The notes: generated from the letters alone by a model not told the origin. DNA of 64,000 nucleotides from Octopus bimaculoides (GCF_001194135.2 NC_068984.1:52884786-52948785), one strand, 5' to 3'. Counted from the stretch's first letter, positions 48,607 to 61,684 are shown. A program made the numbers and translations.

Positions 48607-49010
48607 TACAGGTACAGGCATGGCTGTGTGGTTTAGAAGTTTGCTTCCCAACCACATGGTACATGGCACAAATGTCTTCTGCTATAGCCCTGGGCCAGCC
48701 AAATCCTTGTTGTCTGTGGATTTGGGAGACAGAAACTGAAAGAATCCTGTCATGTTTGTGTGTGTATGTTTGTGTCTCTTTGTCTTGCCATTGCAATGAT
48801 AGTTGTAAATGATTGTCTCTATCATACAAGCAGTATCATTTATTTCCAATAAACTGTGACAACATATCTGGCCATTGGGAAATATTACCTTGCTTGGAAA
48901 CAGGTGAGAGTTGGGGATAGGAAGGGCATCTGGCCATAGAAAATTTGCCTCAATAAGTTCCATCCAATCCATACAAGCATGGAAAAGTGGATGTTAAACT
49001 GATAATTATG
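48607..49010 (+). mobile_element. tRNA-headed SINE, RTE-tailed subfamily
   Basis: caggtacaggcatggctgtgtgg head; tail ...catccaatccatacaagcatggaaaagtggatgttaaac. Confidence 0.8.
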
Positions 49011-49219
49011 ATATTGACCAGATCTACAGTAGTAAGGTCCATTAACATGAAATGTTTCTTGATGTTATTCTATATCAAAGATCAGCAACTTTTTTTTTTC
49101 AATGGCCCACTTTTGATCCCTCACCCCACCCCATTTAACCATAGACCACTTGTATATCATATCTTATATAGAGAAATAGCCCTGCATGTCCTCTCCATCT
49201 TTCCCATCATGGCAATGCT

Positions 49220-49583
49220 TATTCTTTTATTTGTTTCAGTCATTTGACTGTGGCCATGCTGGAGCACCGCCTTTAGTTGAACAAATCGACTCCAGGACTT
49301 ATTCTATGTAAGCCTAGTACTTATCCTATCGGTCTCTTTTGCCGAACTGCTAAGTTATGGGGACGTAAGCACACCAGCATTGGTTGTCAAGTGAGGGGGG
49401 GAACACACACACATACATATATGAGGGCTTCTTTCAGTTTCTGTCTACCAAATCCACTCACAAGGATTTGGTCAACCTGAGGCTCTAATACAAGACACTT
49501 GCCCAAGGTGCCACACAGTGGGACTGAACCTGGAATCATGTGGTCGGTAAGCAAGCTACTTACCATAGCCACTCCTGCACCTA
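49220..49583 (-). mobile_element. tRNA-headed SINE
   Basis: Reverse near full-length copy ending ccatagccactcctgcacct. Confidence 0.85.
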
Positions 49584-50113
49584 TATGTAAGCAAAAATTC
49601 AATGTTTTGTAGCACAAAAGACTTTATAAAAGCTATCATAAATACATTAAATTTAAATAAATTTTAGAAAAAGTTTGATTCCCACAGAGAATATCTCAGT
49701 GTCCCTCTGTTACTGACCACTGTTCTGTATTAATCTTACTTCATTTATGAGTTACTATCTATTATGGAAACTGTTGATCTGTAGCATGTTTGGTAGTCTC
49801 ATTATCAGGTTCAATGAAGTTGCTAACCTTACCACAAATAGGGCCTAATGGCAAAATGGTATTGCTAAAATGTTATTGCCAACATTTCTTATGCTGTGCA
49901 CTAACCCTTATGGAAAAGAAGAAGGTGTCGAAAAGTTATGTGACAAGGAACTACCATACTTCTCTCTACGTTAAAAAGTGATTTATAGTCCTTTAATCAG
50001 ATTACCACAAAACGTCTTGTATTTTTGTATTGACTTCCCATTAACTTGTTCAGTGCACAAACAAGGAACCTTGTCCCCCACTGCGCAAGACCACCACAGT
50101 CAACAGATACGAG

Positions 50114-51110
50114 ATGGCGTCCCCTAACACCTGCACAGTCATCACACCAATATTTTTACTAAATATTGGGGGCCTGTTGCATTATAATAAAAGCAAAATT
50201 TCTTTCCTGAGAGATCTTGCTGCATGCAGTCAAGCCTTATGCATAGCACTTGTGGAAACTCACCTCAGCCCTCATGTAGAGGATGCAGAAGTACACGTAC
50301 CAAAATATGCCAGACTGCGAACAGACAGAAGGAAAATGAGTCATGGTGGAGTTGCTGTGTACATCCATGAATACCCACACCCCAGGTCTTACTGTCATAC
50401 TCAAATTCGGTATGTGACACTCTAATTGTATACATAAGACAACATAATATAGTCATATGCAATACATATTGCCCACCGGATGCTCCAAACCACATAGGCA
50501 AGTTTGAAGATTGCCTCACAAGAATTAAAGAAATCCTCATGAAACTGGAACACCACATGACCATATTTCTTATGGGTGATTTCAGCTTCCCCAATGTCAA
50601 ATGGCCTGAAGGTCTCATACTCTCAGGAATGACTCATTGCAAGCAAGCACAGGTGGAGTCCCTGCCTTATTCCTGGAGCAAGCTGTACTCAGGCCAACTA
50701 GGGCAAGATCTCTGCTTTACGAACAATATGGACTTCATTCATGATGTGAAAGTGACACTGACATTAGTCTCGGATCACAACATAATAGAGCTGTCTATGT
50801 TTGGGCCGAAAGTAACCAGAGACATACAGCCTAAAGGAAGCACCCAAAATCTCTCCAATCTGAACTTCCACAAAGCAGACTGGAAATTGATCCAAAAATA
50901 GATCCTCAGAGAGGACTGGCCGAAATGTCTCTCCACACCAGACATTGACATGAAACTAGAATGTTTCATGTCTGTTGTGCAAGCCATATGCCAGAAATAT
51001 GTTCCAGAGCACAAGGCCAAAACAAATAGGAACAAGATTCCAAGGGAGAGGAAGATCCTCATGAGACGATGGACGAAGGTTGCAAATCAACTCAACCAAC
51101 ATCCCAAAAA
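50114..51110 (+). mobile_element. CR1/L2-group LINE ORF2 N-terminal relic (AP endonuclease), frameshifted
   Basis: APE motifs in successive frames: LNIGGL, IALVETHL, RTDRRKMSHGGVAVYI, IFLMGDFSFPNVKW, LVSDHNII, followed by NFHKADW typical of CR1-group ORF2; truncated by an RTE tail at about 51116. Confidence 0.8.
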
Positions 51111-52559
51111 TAGCCATCCAACCCATGCCAGCATGGAAAACGGATGTTAAATGTTCTTGTTGATGATTATGGTAATATGACAAAATTATTTTTCAGGAAG
51201 TATGTCTCCAATTTTCTGTGTTCTTATGAGTTAAATGATGATGAAATAAGAATACTTTATTTTGACATTTGTCTTTTTTTAGTTGGCAATTTATTTCTGC
51301 TTCCTTTTCCTAAAAACATTTCCTAAATTTCTTACAAGTTCCTTTGAAAGAACAAAGAATATTTTGTTTCTTTACTTGCACTGAGTATTCTTTTCATTTG
51401 AGAAATGGTTGTAGAAGTGATGCTAATTTTTAAAATCTAGTTATCTTAATTTTTGTCTTTTCTGTGTGTTTCCTTCTTTTGTTGTGAAGTAGAAGAATTT
51501 CTTAAATCAGTATTAACTAGGTTTGAAATTAAAGAGTAAAGCAGACCAGCATACAGCCAGTTAAATTGTATGAAAATAGATTGCCAGCAAAATGTTTAAT
51601 GTTACTACATACTACTATTATCATAAAAACAGATATTATTGTAAGGATTGTGTTGTTATACTAGAAGAACCAAATGTTCAGTCCATATAGTATTACCATA
51701 ATCATGCTTGTAAGCTTGGCTTCTTTGAATTTGAGAAAGAGTCTTAATCTAACCGTTTAAAAATTGAATCTATAACTCCTATCACAATAAGGACTTTTCT
51801 TAGAAAAACACAGGATCTAAAACTTGCCCATACATTTTGATAAACTTTTTTTTTATCCTTATGTTTGATGAATTTGAATATGTTTTTTCATTTTTACAAA
51901 ATGTTGTCTGTATAATCTTATCAGACATTTCATTCCACTATAACTACTCCCTTTGAAATTGATAATTAAAATCACTTTCATATATTTTATTACTGTTCAT
52001 GATAATCATTTATATTGTAAAATTTCAAGAATATTTCCTAACATGCTTGTTTAAAAAATTTTTTTAATATTTTTCTTTCAAGCCAACAATAGTTAAATTC
52101 ACTTTTGAAAAAGTTTTATATAATAATAATTAGTAATTCAGAATGTCTTTTAAACTTAATTTTTGACAAATTAACAAAATAATTAAATCATAGTACTTAA
52201 AAATTAACAATATGTGTAAATTAGTCAAATGAAAGTTGATTACAGAAATCTAAAATGTATCATCAATTTTATATCCCTGCTTGCATGGGTTTGGATGGGT
52301 CTATTTTAACACAGTGTCTTGATATGCATCACATGTCTGTACCAGCACAGTCTTGTCTCTTGCATGCTATATTTAATTCCCTTTACACTTATCTCTCTTT
52401 TTCTCTTAAGCAGTATCGTTTATGTACACTAACATTACACACCCAACAGAGCATGTTCACCTTATTTCTTTGCAGCCTTTTCAAATTCTCTGCATTGAAT
52501 ATCTATGTTTTACTTGAGCCCAAGCTTCGTTTTTACATTTTGAAATTCTTTCTCTGATT

Positions 52560-53800
52560 CTTCAGCAAAACTAGACCATTGGTATGCAGGCGTTCTCATG
52601 GATAGCCAGTCTTAAATTCCTTTGTTATGACAGAAAACAAGAGAGACTGAGAACTGAGGCCTGTGAACTCCTACCTGTATGCTATATTCCTCAAAGAACT
52701 CATAACTAATTCTCATCTTGTTAACAGTATCTTTATATATAATTTGCACAGCTCTCACAAGCCTTTCTTCTACATAGTTCTTTTTAGCAACCATCAGACA
52801 ACAGAGCATGTTACCCTGTCAAACACTTCCACGAGGTCAATGAATGCTATAGGTTGTAGCTTACTTTGTCTGACTATGAAGAAGGCATCAATAGTGCCCT
52901 GTCTAGTTATGAACCCAAACCATATTTCATTTCATCTAAGTTCATTCTCTTCTTCATCACTTGTGCTATTATCTTTCTGTTACTTTCATAACCTAGTCTC
53001 TCAATTTGTTGCCTCTATAGTTGCCTTTTTTTTCTTAAACATTTGTGAGGACTTTGTACTACTTGATTAACCATGCAATCTCACTGACTATCCATTACAC
53101 TTTCCGTTTTTCCATGTCCTTAATTACACTTTTGATTATATATTTGTCAACGTCAAAGCTGGTCCCTCTCTTCCTTCAAGGCAACTGTGTAATCATACTG
53201 TATGCACATTTATCCCAACAACTTCTTGATACACACAGACACCCTGCTTTGGACTTGAAAGCAATGATGTCTCTGATCTTGTCTCAGAACATTAACAAAC
53301 CTCTTACTTTCTCTCATTCTCCTTGCTAAAGATAACTGATGTTTAGCTTCTTTACTTGTTACCTGGTAATGTTTCTTGCTCCTTATCCTTTCTTCCAATC
53401 TTTTCAGATCCTACCATCAAGTCACTTTCTTTCTGAATAGAACCTTGCTTTATCCAAAGATCTGCTTTGAGATTCACAGCAGGTTGTTTTGAAGAAACTC
53501 CCCTTTGTCCTTATAAGTCTCTGTCTCTACCTCCTTCTCATCATCCACACCAATTAGTATTTCTTTGCATCTACATCTAGATGAGGGATGTTTCAACTTC
53601 CATCACTTCCTTCTCCAAGTTGTCCTGTATCGCTGAGTCTGTCTAGCACTGAGCCCAAGATCACTGATCACTTGTCCTTGTTGAGTAGCACATTCTTCAC
53701 CAGGAAAAGACTTAGTATTCACAGCTAGTTGTCTTTCACACCCCCTAATGACTTTAGTCTACCTGGTTTTCATATTTGACTTATTGGTAAGTTATGAGAT
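52560..53800 (-). mobile_element. Decayed RTE LINE ORF2 (endonuclease end through RT)
   Basis: Minus-strand fragments SHLITYQ...NTKSFPGEEC (endonuclease end), KEAKHQLSLARR...KRFVNVLR (linker) and VEERLVRAVQIIYKDTVNKMRI...EEYSIQVGVH (RT domain 3-4 region) in colinear order with stops and frameshifts. Confidence 0.8.
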
Positions 53801-55381
53801 GACTGGTCAGTTTCTTGAGGTTGCTGTCATTTGTTACTAAGGTAGTTTGCAAGAGAAACTTATTGAAACGATCCTTTTACTGGTCTGTCAGTCCTGATTG
53901 TGTTGCATATGGAGGGTAACTGTTTTGCTGTCATGTTATCTATGTTGTGTCTAAGCTTAATTATTCTACTACATACTTTGATTACTTCACTGACTTCAAT
54001 TTCTCTACCAGTAATATGCCTACACCACCCACTTCAATGTTTTTACCCTCCCAGAAGAATTTATACCCCTAATCTATGGTCAAGTGCCAGGAAGAGCATC
54101 TGGCCATAGAAAATCTATAGACACTTTTTCACACTGGAAAAGTAAGTGTTAAAATGATATTCCTTGCCTTTGAGGGATCTGCCTGAAGTATCTTTCCATC
54201 TATTTTTTTTTTTTTTCTGAAGTTTTGTGTCTGATAGGAAGAAGGGAGTTTCTAATGGAGGACGGGTGGTTTGATGTCTGTTGCTTTTCTCCTAAAACTT
54301 AAATATAGGGAAAATGATTTTTTTGTACAAAAAATCTTGTTATAATATTATTTTGTATTTATTATGAATATTCTGAAGGTTTACTACAGAAATTTTAAAT
54401 GATATACAATGTCAATAGTTAACCTGTATATGATATTGTCTCCTGAAAAGCTGTTCAATTAGCAATAGTTGTAGAGCAGTTGAGATACTGGCAATTGGTT
54501 TGATTTATAGTAAATGCTAATCAAGCTGAATTCTGAAAATCGACAATGTATATTTGGGTTTTGCTTCAAAATTGTTTGCATGTAATGTCTCTTAACATTA
54601 AATCATTATATATAATTCAATTATAAATTAGGTTTTTTAGTTAAACTTTTTCATTTCTCTAATTTTATTTTATTAAAAAGGAAAATCTCATTCAATTTTC
54701 TATCAACAATAAAATGTAAATACTAATAAATCATTCTGACATTTTCTTTTATAGTGTTTTTTATTGTTTTTTTTTTGTTTGTTTGTTTTTTCAAATATAT
54801 GACATTTACATTGAGAAATATCTTTAATATATTGTGAATGTTTTTTTTCCCTGTTTCAATTCATTTTATATTATTTAAATAAAGTTTTATTTAATTCCAA
54901 TACTGTCATATTTTGAAATATCTTTAATTAATTGTAGTACATGTTATACTATCTTTGTTATTTTTTGGATCTAAAAATTACTCTCAATTTTTTTCTTTTT
55001 TTTTTTTTTTNNNNNNNNNNTTTTTTTTGTTAATATAAAAGTCTTATTAATTAAAAAAATAGTTATATCTTATTCTTTTTCTTTTGTAAAAATTCACAAT
55101 ATTTGGAAGTTGTGACCTATAAGATCCACAAATTAATTTTCTTAATCATTAAAATGAAGTGGGGAAAATATTTATAATTTTTATAAGAAAAAGTTAAAAC
55201 AATTCATTCTTATGGTGATATGTTTATAGATGAGTAGTTACATACAAATTATGTTACTATACTAAGTAAAGTTACATGAAGACTTTTTTTTTTAATTTCA
55301 TTAAGGCATTTAACATTTTTAAATTGAAACATTGTATTACTTGTATAAAATTATTCTTAATTAATTTTTGTTATATTTTAG

Positions 55382-55485
55382 AAACTGGCTGAATTATCTG
55401 AAGTCCTTCAACATCGAGAGAATAAGCTTGTTCAGATGAGCCGAGAAAATAACGATCTTTTAGAAACAAACAGCATACTTCGGAA
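55382..55485 (+). CDS. TMF1: TMF1 coding exon 4 (start of coiled coil)
   Basis: ttatattttag| phase 0; KLAELSEVLQHRENKLVQMSRENNDLLETNSILR; AA|GTAAGT, phase 2. Confidence 0.9.
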
Positions 55486-55569
55486 GTAAGTCTCTGATTA
55501 GACTGGTGCATTTAGAACTGTAGAAACCTTGGAATTTATACATAAATATTATTTTGCTTATATCATTAT

Positions 55570-55765
55570 CATCATCATCTTTTAACATCCACTCTCCATA
55601 CTAGCATGGGTTGGACAGTTTGACTGGGGACTGGTGAACCAGGTGGCTACACCAGACTCCAATCTGATTTGGCAGAGTTTCTACAGCTGGATGCCCTTCC
55701 TAATGCCAACCACTCCGAGAGTGTAGTGGGTGCTTTTTACGTGCCACCGGTATGAGGGCCAGTCC
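55570..55765 (-). mobile_element. RTE-type LINE 3' fragment
   Basis: (atc)n tttaacatcc...ccatactagcatgggttggac...gggtgctttttacgtgccacc. Confidence 0.8.
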
Positions 55766-55831
55766 ACTCAATAATTAGGAGTCAGTCCTTCCTAATTATT
55801 GAATTAATTACCTATTGAACAGAAACAAAAC

Positions 55832-56058
55832 TTAACCCTTTCGCATTCAGATTACTCTGTCAAATGTAATGGTTATTTATTCACAATATTTCGAACTAAT
55901 CATGGCTTACTTCATAGATTTGAGGTTTCAGCGATGTCATTGTTTATTTTTAGAATAACATTGCAGCATAAGTGGGAAAGGCTGGTTCTAGCCAGTTTTA
56001 ACATAAAAGAGGTAGAATATTTAGACTTTGTATAACTGCTTTAAATGCCAAAGAGTTA
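55832..56058 (+). mobile_element. piggyBac-like MITE
   Basis: TTAA|ccctttcgcattcagattactctg ... aaatgccaaagag|tta. Confidence 0.75.
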
Positions 56059-56113
56059 TATAATCAACAACAACTAGATGTGAAAAATAAAATTAATAAA
56101 TGTCTCATTTTAG

Positions 56114-56231
56114 CCAATTACAGCAGTCTGAAGAGATTCGGGAAACAGAACAAGCTGACATCCATATTCTCACAGAAGAGTTTACAGAACGGTTAGCAGA
56201 ATCAGAAAAGAAAATACAGACTGTACTCAGA
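56114..56231 (+). CDS. TMF1: TMF1 coding exon 5
   Basis: cattttag|C, phase 2; QLQQSEEIRETEQADIHILTEEFTERLAESEKKIQTVLR (cf. human DEFTQRIAEAEKKVQ); |GTATGT, phase 0. Confidence 0.92.
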
Positions 56232-56332
56232 GTATGTTCTCTTTTTTTTTTTGTTTTACTTTAAAGAAAATTCCAAATCTAGCTTTTCTTTCTAAATCCT
56301 GTCTTTGTAACTTGTGATTATTCTGATTTTAG

Positions 56333-56388
56333 GAGAAAGAGAGTTTGAAGAAACAGCTACAGAAAACTATTGAGGAAAACACTCAAAA
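56333..56388 (+). CDS. TMF1: TMF1 coding exon 6
   Basis: gattttag| EKESLKKQLQKTIEENTQ AA|GTAAGG; phase 0 to phase 2. Confidence 0.88.
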
Positions 56389-56419
56389 GTAAGGAAATTT
56401 GATGATGTTGTCTTTTATC

Positions 56420-56812
56420 TTTTACTTGTTTCAGTCGTTAGACTGAAGCTATGCTGAGTTACCACCTTGAAAGGTTTAGTCAAACAAATTGAACCCAAGT
56501 ACTCATTTTTTTTTTATTTTGAGCCTGGTACTTATTCTATCAATCTCTTTTTGCCAAACTGCTTAAGTTACAGGGGATGAAAACAAACCAACACCAGTTA
56601 GGTGGTGGAGGGAACAAACACACACACACACACACACACACACATGACAGGCTTCTTCCTGTTACTATGTATCAGATCCACTCACAAGGCTTTGGCCTGT
56701 CCAAGATTAATAGCAGAAGACACTTACCCAAAGTGCCATGCAAGGAAACTGAATCCAGGACCATATGGTTGGGAAGCAAACTTACCACACAGCCATGCCT
56801 ACTTCCATAGAA
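56420..56812 (-). mobile_element. tRNA-headed SINE
   Basis: Reverse copy from cttttacttgtttcagtc to ccacacagccatgcct. Confidence 0.8.
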
Positions 56813-57149
56813 AACACTAGCTCAAGGTGCAACATAGCAGGACTGAGCCTGGAGCCATGTGGTTGAGAAGCGAACATCTTACCAAAAAAGCATACCTGAT
56901 ATAACACATATTTAGTTACTTGTTTTATTTCATATATTATTTCGTAATATAATATTATAAAGCCCCACAAAGCTTTATCATAAACATGCAACCTGGTTAC
57001 TGATATAGTTCCTCTTCATCAATTTCTGATACTGATATAGTCTCAATGAGTAATTTATAGATGTATAGTTTTGATGCTTGAAAACAGTGGTTCTCAACCA
57101 GAATCCATATGGTCCTTAGGGGTCCACAAATTTTGTTGCTAAAATTTAT

Positions 57150-57562
57150 CTGCAGGCGTGGCTGTGTGGTAAGAAGCTTGCTTCCCAACCACATGGGTTT
57201 GGGTTCATTTCCACTGTGCAGCACCTTGGGCAAGTGTCTTCAGCTATAGCTTCAGGCTGATCAAAGCCTTGTGAGTGGATTTGGTAGACAGAAACTGAAA
57301 GAAGCCCATTGCGTATATATATATATATATGTGTGTGTGTGTGCGTGTGCGTGTCTTTGTGTCTGTGTTTGTCTCCGCCACCATTGCTTGATAACTGATG
57401 TTGGTGTATTTATGTCCCCGTAACTTCAGCAAAAGTGACTGATAGAATAAGTACTAGGCTTACAAAGAATAAGTCCTGGAGTCAATTTCTTCAACTAAAA
57501 AAATCGTTTAAGGCAGTGCTCCAGCATGGCCGCAGTCAAATGACTGAAACAAAAGAATAAAA
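57150..57562 (+). mobile_element. tRNA-headed SINE
   Basis: caggcgtggctgtgtggtaag ... gcatggccgcagtcaaatgactgaaacaaaaga; inverted relative to 56420-56812. Confidence 0.85.
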
Positions 57563-58067
57563 GAATAAATTGCTTATACTTTTATAATGCACAAAAAAGT
57601 ATTTTAACAATTTTTTTTAAACATTGAATGGCTAGACAGGTCCATCTGAGTAAAATAGAAATCAAAGGGTTCCGTAGGTTAAAAAAAATGGTTGAGAAAC
57701 ATTTTTTTAAAGTATAAAATATAAAATTAAAATAAAAGTGAATATAACAGGTTTTCATCATCATTATCATTTTAACTGCCCCAGTGAATTCAGATGGAAT
57801 TCATTGAGGCAGACTTTCTACAGCCAGATGCCCATCCTGTCACCAACCCTCATTTGTTTCCAAGCAAGGTAATGTTCTCTCATGACTGAACAGATTCTCA
57901 TATAAGGTTGGGAAATAATGATGCTGGTTATATGACTGACACTCATTTACAACTGTCATGTGTTGTCAAGATGTGAAGGCATATCTCTCTCTCTCTGACT
58001 CTCACATGCTCACACACACACATCCATCCTTATATACATGCACACATACATACATATATCATCATCA

Positions 58068-58225
58068 TCATCATCATCATCGTTTAACGTCCGCTCACCA
58101 TGCTAGCATGGGTTGGACGATTTGACTGAGGACTGGTGAAACCGGATGGCAACACCAGGCTCCAATCTAATTTGGCAGAGTTTCTACAGCTGGATGCCCT
58201 TCCTAACGCCAACCACTCAGAGAGT
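58068..58225 (-). mobile_element. Young RTE-type LINE 3' fragment
   Basis: (atc)n gtttaacgtccgc...ggatggcaacaccaggctccaatc; near identical to 28925-29010. Confidence 0.85.
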
Positions 58226-58484
58226 GCTATTAGGAATCAAACTTCTTAAACCACAAAACCATGCATGCACATAGTCATGTGTGGTGTGCACATGTATTTT
58301 TTAACGGCTGTTGTGACACTTCTAGGATATAATTGTCTTAATTTCTTAATTTCAACACATTTGATCTCTGATCAGTCACTAGCCAAACAAAATGAACTTT
58401 GAAAGAAATGTAATTTTATCTCAAATATGTTAACTCTAATAATAAGTGTTCAATCAATGTTTGTGTTATTCCTTATATTTTCAG

Positions 58485-58558
58485 CAAATCATTGGACTCC
58501 TCATATAAAGAAATTCTGGATGAAAAAGACAACCAAATAGCTGAACTTTTGCACGAAG
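58485..58558 (+). CDS. TMF1: TMF1 coding exon 7
   Basis: tattttcag|C KSLDSSYKEILDEKDNQIAELLHE G|GTAAAT (cf. human EKDEQIRGLMEEG). Confidence 0.92.
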
Positions 58559-58954
58559 GTAAATACTATTGTTTAATAAGAAAATCCAGTAATCAGGTTT
58601 TATTCTGTGTATGCAATAAAACTTGAAAATTTCAATTATGGTTTGAGTCTATTAATTAAAGTGTCTGATAATCTTGGTGTGTTTAAAATTCATAACTGTT
58701 AAATCCCAAGGGGCCATGATTTGTAATGAAAATACAAGAGAAGCATTTGTAAACGACGACGACGACGACGAATGCTGGTGCAATTTTGGCGCATAAAAAT
58801 ATAGAATAAAAACCAAAAGAAAAACATCATCTGGCCCATTTAGTATGCAGTGCAAAGATATCCCGTTGCAAAATCTGTGACACACTAAAGAATAGATGGA
58901 GTGAAGTTGTAAAAGACATGCTAAGAACACATGACATTCCTCCTCTCCAGTGAT

Positions 58955-59182
58955 TTAACTCTTTAGCATTCAGATTACTCTGTCAAATGTAATGCTTATT
59001 GTCTAACATTGTTTTGAATTAATCATGCATTATCTCATAGCTTTAAGAGTCCAATGATGTGATTGTTTATTTTTAGAATGACATTGTAGGATAGGTGTGA
59101 GAGGCAGAATCTGGCTGGTTTGAACATAAAATAGGTCAAATATTTGGGCTGGATATGGCTGGTTTAAATGCTCAAAGATTAA
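58955..59182 (+). mobile_element. piggyBac-like MITE
   Basis: TTAA|ctctttagcattcagattactctg ... aaatgctcaaaga|TTAA. Confidence 0.78.
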
Positions 59183-59345
59183 GCTTGTACTGGACAGGAA
59201 GTCTCTTTCTCCAATGATGCTACACATAATAAATAGATTGGAAAATGAGAGAAGAATCATTTTTTCTACTTGACTAAATGATAGTTTATTGAAGCAATTA
59301 TGCCAAAAAGAAAATTACAATTCCATATTACTTTAATGTTTCCAG

Positions 59346-59442
59346 GTGAGAAATTGTCGAAACAACAACTTCAGAGTAATAACATTATTAAAAAATTACG
59401 AACAAAAGAAAAAGAAAATGATTCTCTCATTGCTTCACAAAA
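59346..59442 (+). CDS. TMF1: TMF1 coding exon 8 (TMF DNA-binding-like coiled-coil region)
   Basis: tttccag|GT EKLSKQQLQSNNIIKKLRTKEKENDSLIASQ AA|GTAAGT (cf. human GEKLSKQQLHNSNIIKKLRAK). Confidence 0.95.
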
Positions 59443-59889
59443 GTAAGTTTTTTTTAACTATATTTATATCTTGTGTGTATACTTAGATATCTGACTAGTA
59501 CAGTTGAGTTTAGAGCTGCACATAGATTGTCATCATCCAGTATAGTGCTTTGGTTACTATTATGCTTAGTAATATTATTGGTGGCAATATACATAGTGAA
59601 TGTAGGAGATGTGATCAACACAAATTTATATCATTTACTGTCTATGTATGCTTCATTGTTCTGTTTGTTGGAACCACAATATTTGATGTTCCATGTACAA
59701 TTGAATGCTTAACAACTACAGATCATCAAAGTAACACTTTATTGCATTACATTACAGAGTACAAGTGATCAAATGATCTCAATAGTGAAACAAATGTAGG
59801 CAACAAATGATATAAACTTGTTATTATCATAATTCCTACTTTATTTATAAAATCAACCTCTTTGAAACCATTTTAGTAATGTCCATTAC

Positions 59890-60125
59890 CATCATCATCA
59901 TCATCATTTAATGGCTGTTTCCCATGGGTTGGATGACTTCACTGGAGCTGGTAAGCCCAGGGGCTGCACCAGGCTGTATTGTCTGTTTCGTCATGGTTTC
60001 TATGGCTGGATGCCTTTCCTAACACTAACCACTCAACAGAGTGTACTGGGTGCTTTTTATGTGACACCAATACCAATGCTTTTAACATGGCATTAGCATC
60101 AGTGCTTTTTATGTGACACCAGCAC
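59890..60125 (-). mobile_element. RTE-type LINE 3' fragment
   Basis: (atc)n...cccatgggttggatg...ctgggtgctttttatgtgacacc with a repeated unit. Confidence 0.7.
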
Positions 60126-61684
60126 CAGTATCAGTTCTGCTGTGGCAGACCGACCTTGCGTGCAGCAATTCCTTTGATAAAATACACTAGTGTAAATGGA
60201 ATGCATATAATTTTATTTTTACAGTTAACATTTTGTGTTTAGAGTGTCAACTTGGTTGTGAATTCAAGCTTTGCTTTTTGTTGCCATTGAATTTTGACGG
60301 TTGAGGAAAGAATCACATAAACACGGATTGAATGGTTCTTTAAATTTGAAGAATATCTTCCTAATTTTTTTTTTTTGAATAGAGATGTTTTATAGCTAGA
60401 TACACTTTATACAATCTATTCAATAACTCATGAAATCTTATCTGTTTACAATATGTTTGGGTATAATAAAGAAGAACAGGTGTATCAATTATATTGTGTA
60501 ACAAAGTTAAAACATTTTTTTGTCTTTGGTCACTAAGTGTTATTTCCTATTTGCTTCTATCTAGAAATCAAAGGAAATTACTACTATTCCCTTCAAACTT
60601 TGTTTTTGTGACCAGATCATCAATGTTTGAAACTGACCTATTTTCCATTACATTTCATTGCTGAGTTGCTGAAGCAGAAATATCATTATAGCAAATATTC
60701 TGCTCAATTCCACAGATTTCCTTGTCAGTTGCTTGACCATAACTACTTGAGCATGGCCCTTAGTGGCTGACAATATATGATCATGAGCAGGAGTAGTGGG
60801 GGAGCATCATAGCTGTGTATTGAGATGGACTCTTGGGGGTTTGAATAAATGTAAACAAAAGCAAAGTTTAAAGGAAATATTAGCCATTTTTCATACTTTC
60901 TAGGGGTGAGCAAATAGGAAATAACAGTGGACAAAAATCATGTTACACAGTGACTCAATTAAGCAAGGAATATTATTCTGAAAGATTAGTCAAGGTATAC
61001 TACTTAAAACTGTTAGGCAAAGAACATGCGACTGGCCACATTTATTGCAATGCTTGCTACAGACAGTAACTATTTTCTGAAGTAAGGAACATACTCTAAC
61101 TGTTTAGTATCAGCTGGACGTAAACAAGATTATCATGAAGAAATCTTGTAAAGAGACTATTTACAACTAGAAGAGTTATTTACTATTAATATGGATAGGC
61201 TAGATAGAGAAAACTTACCCAACTTATTTGCTGGTAATGAAAAATGAATATAAAAATATTGGTTACTGAACTGGACTATCTCCAGAAGGATAAAAGCTAA
61301 ACTTAGCCTTAACTACATTTGAACTCAGAATGGAAAGAGCCATACTAAAGAGAAAAATATTAAGGTCTTTATATTTCTTTTTTGTTAAATTTTGGAAAGA
61401 TTTGAGACTGTTTGTTATTTGCATAATTTTTTCAGGGCAGTAGATTGGAGGAAATGTTAAAGCATTTGTTCCAGCTCTTTGCTTTCTGAATTCCACTGAG
61501 ATCAACTTTGCCTTTTCATCCTTCTGGAGTCAATAAAATAAAGTACCGGTCAAGTATAACTAATTTCTCCTCCCCATGTAATATTGTGGTTTTGGGTTTA
61601 TATAAGGATTATTATTGCATTTTTGTTTATTTTAATGTAAATGTTGCAGTTGATAAAGTATTTCTTTAACAATTCTATTTTTAG

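Noticed and set aside
29424-55381. Nested host gene in the 26-kb intron
   Set aside because: All protein-like ORFs here are LINE or mariner relics; no spliced chain of phase-compatible exons was found.
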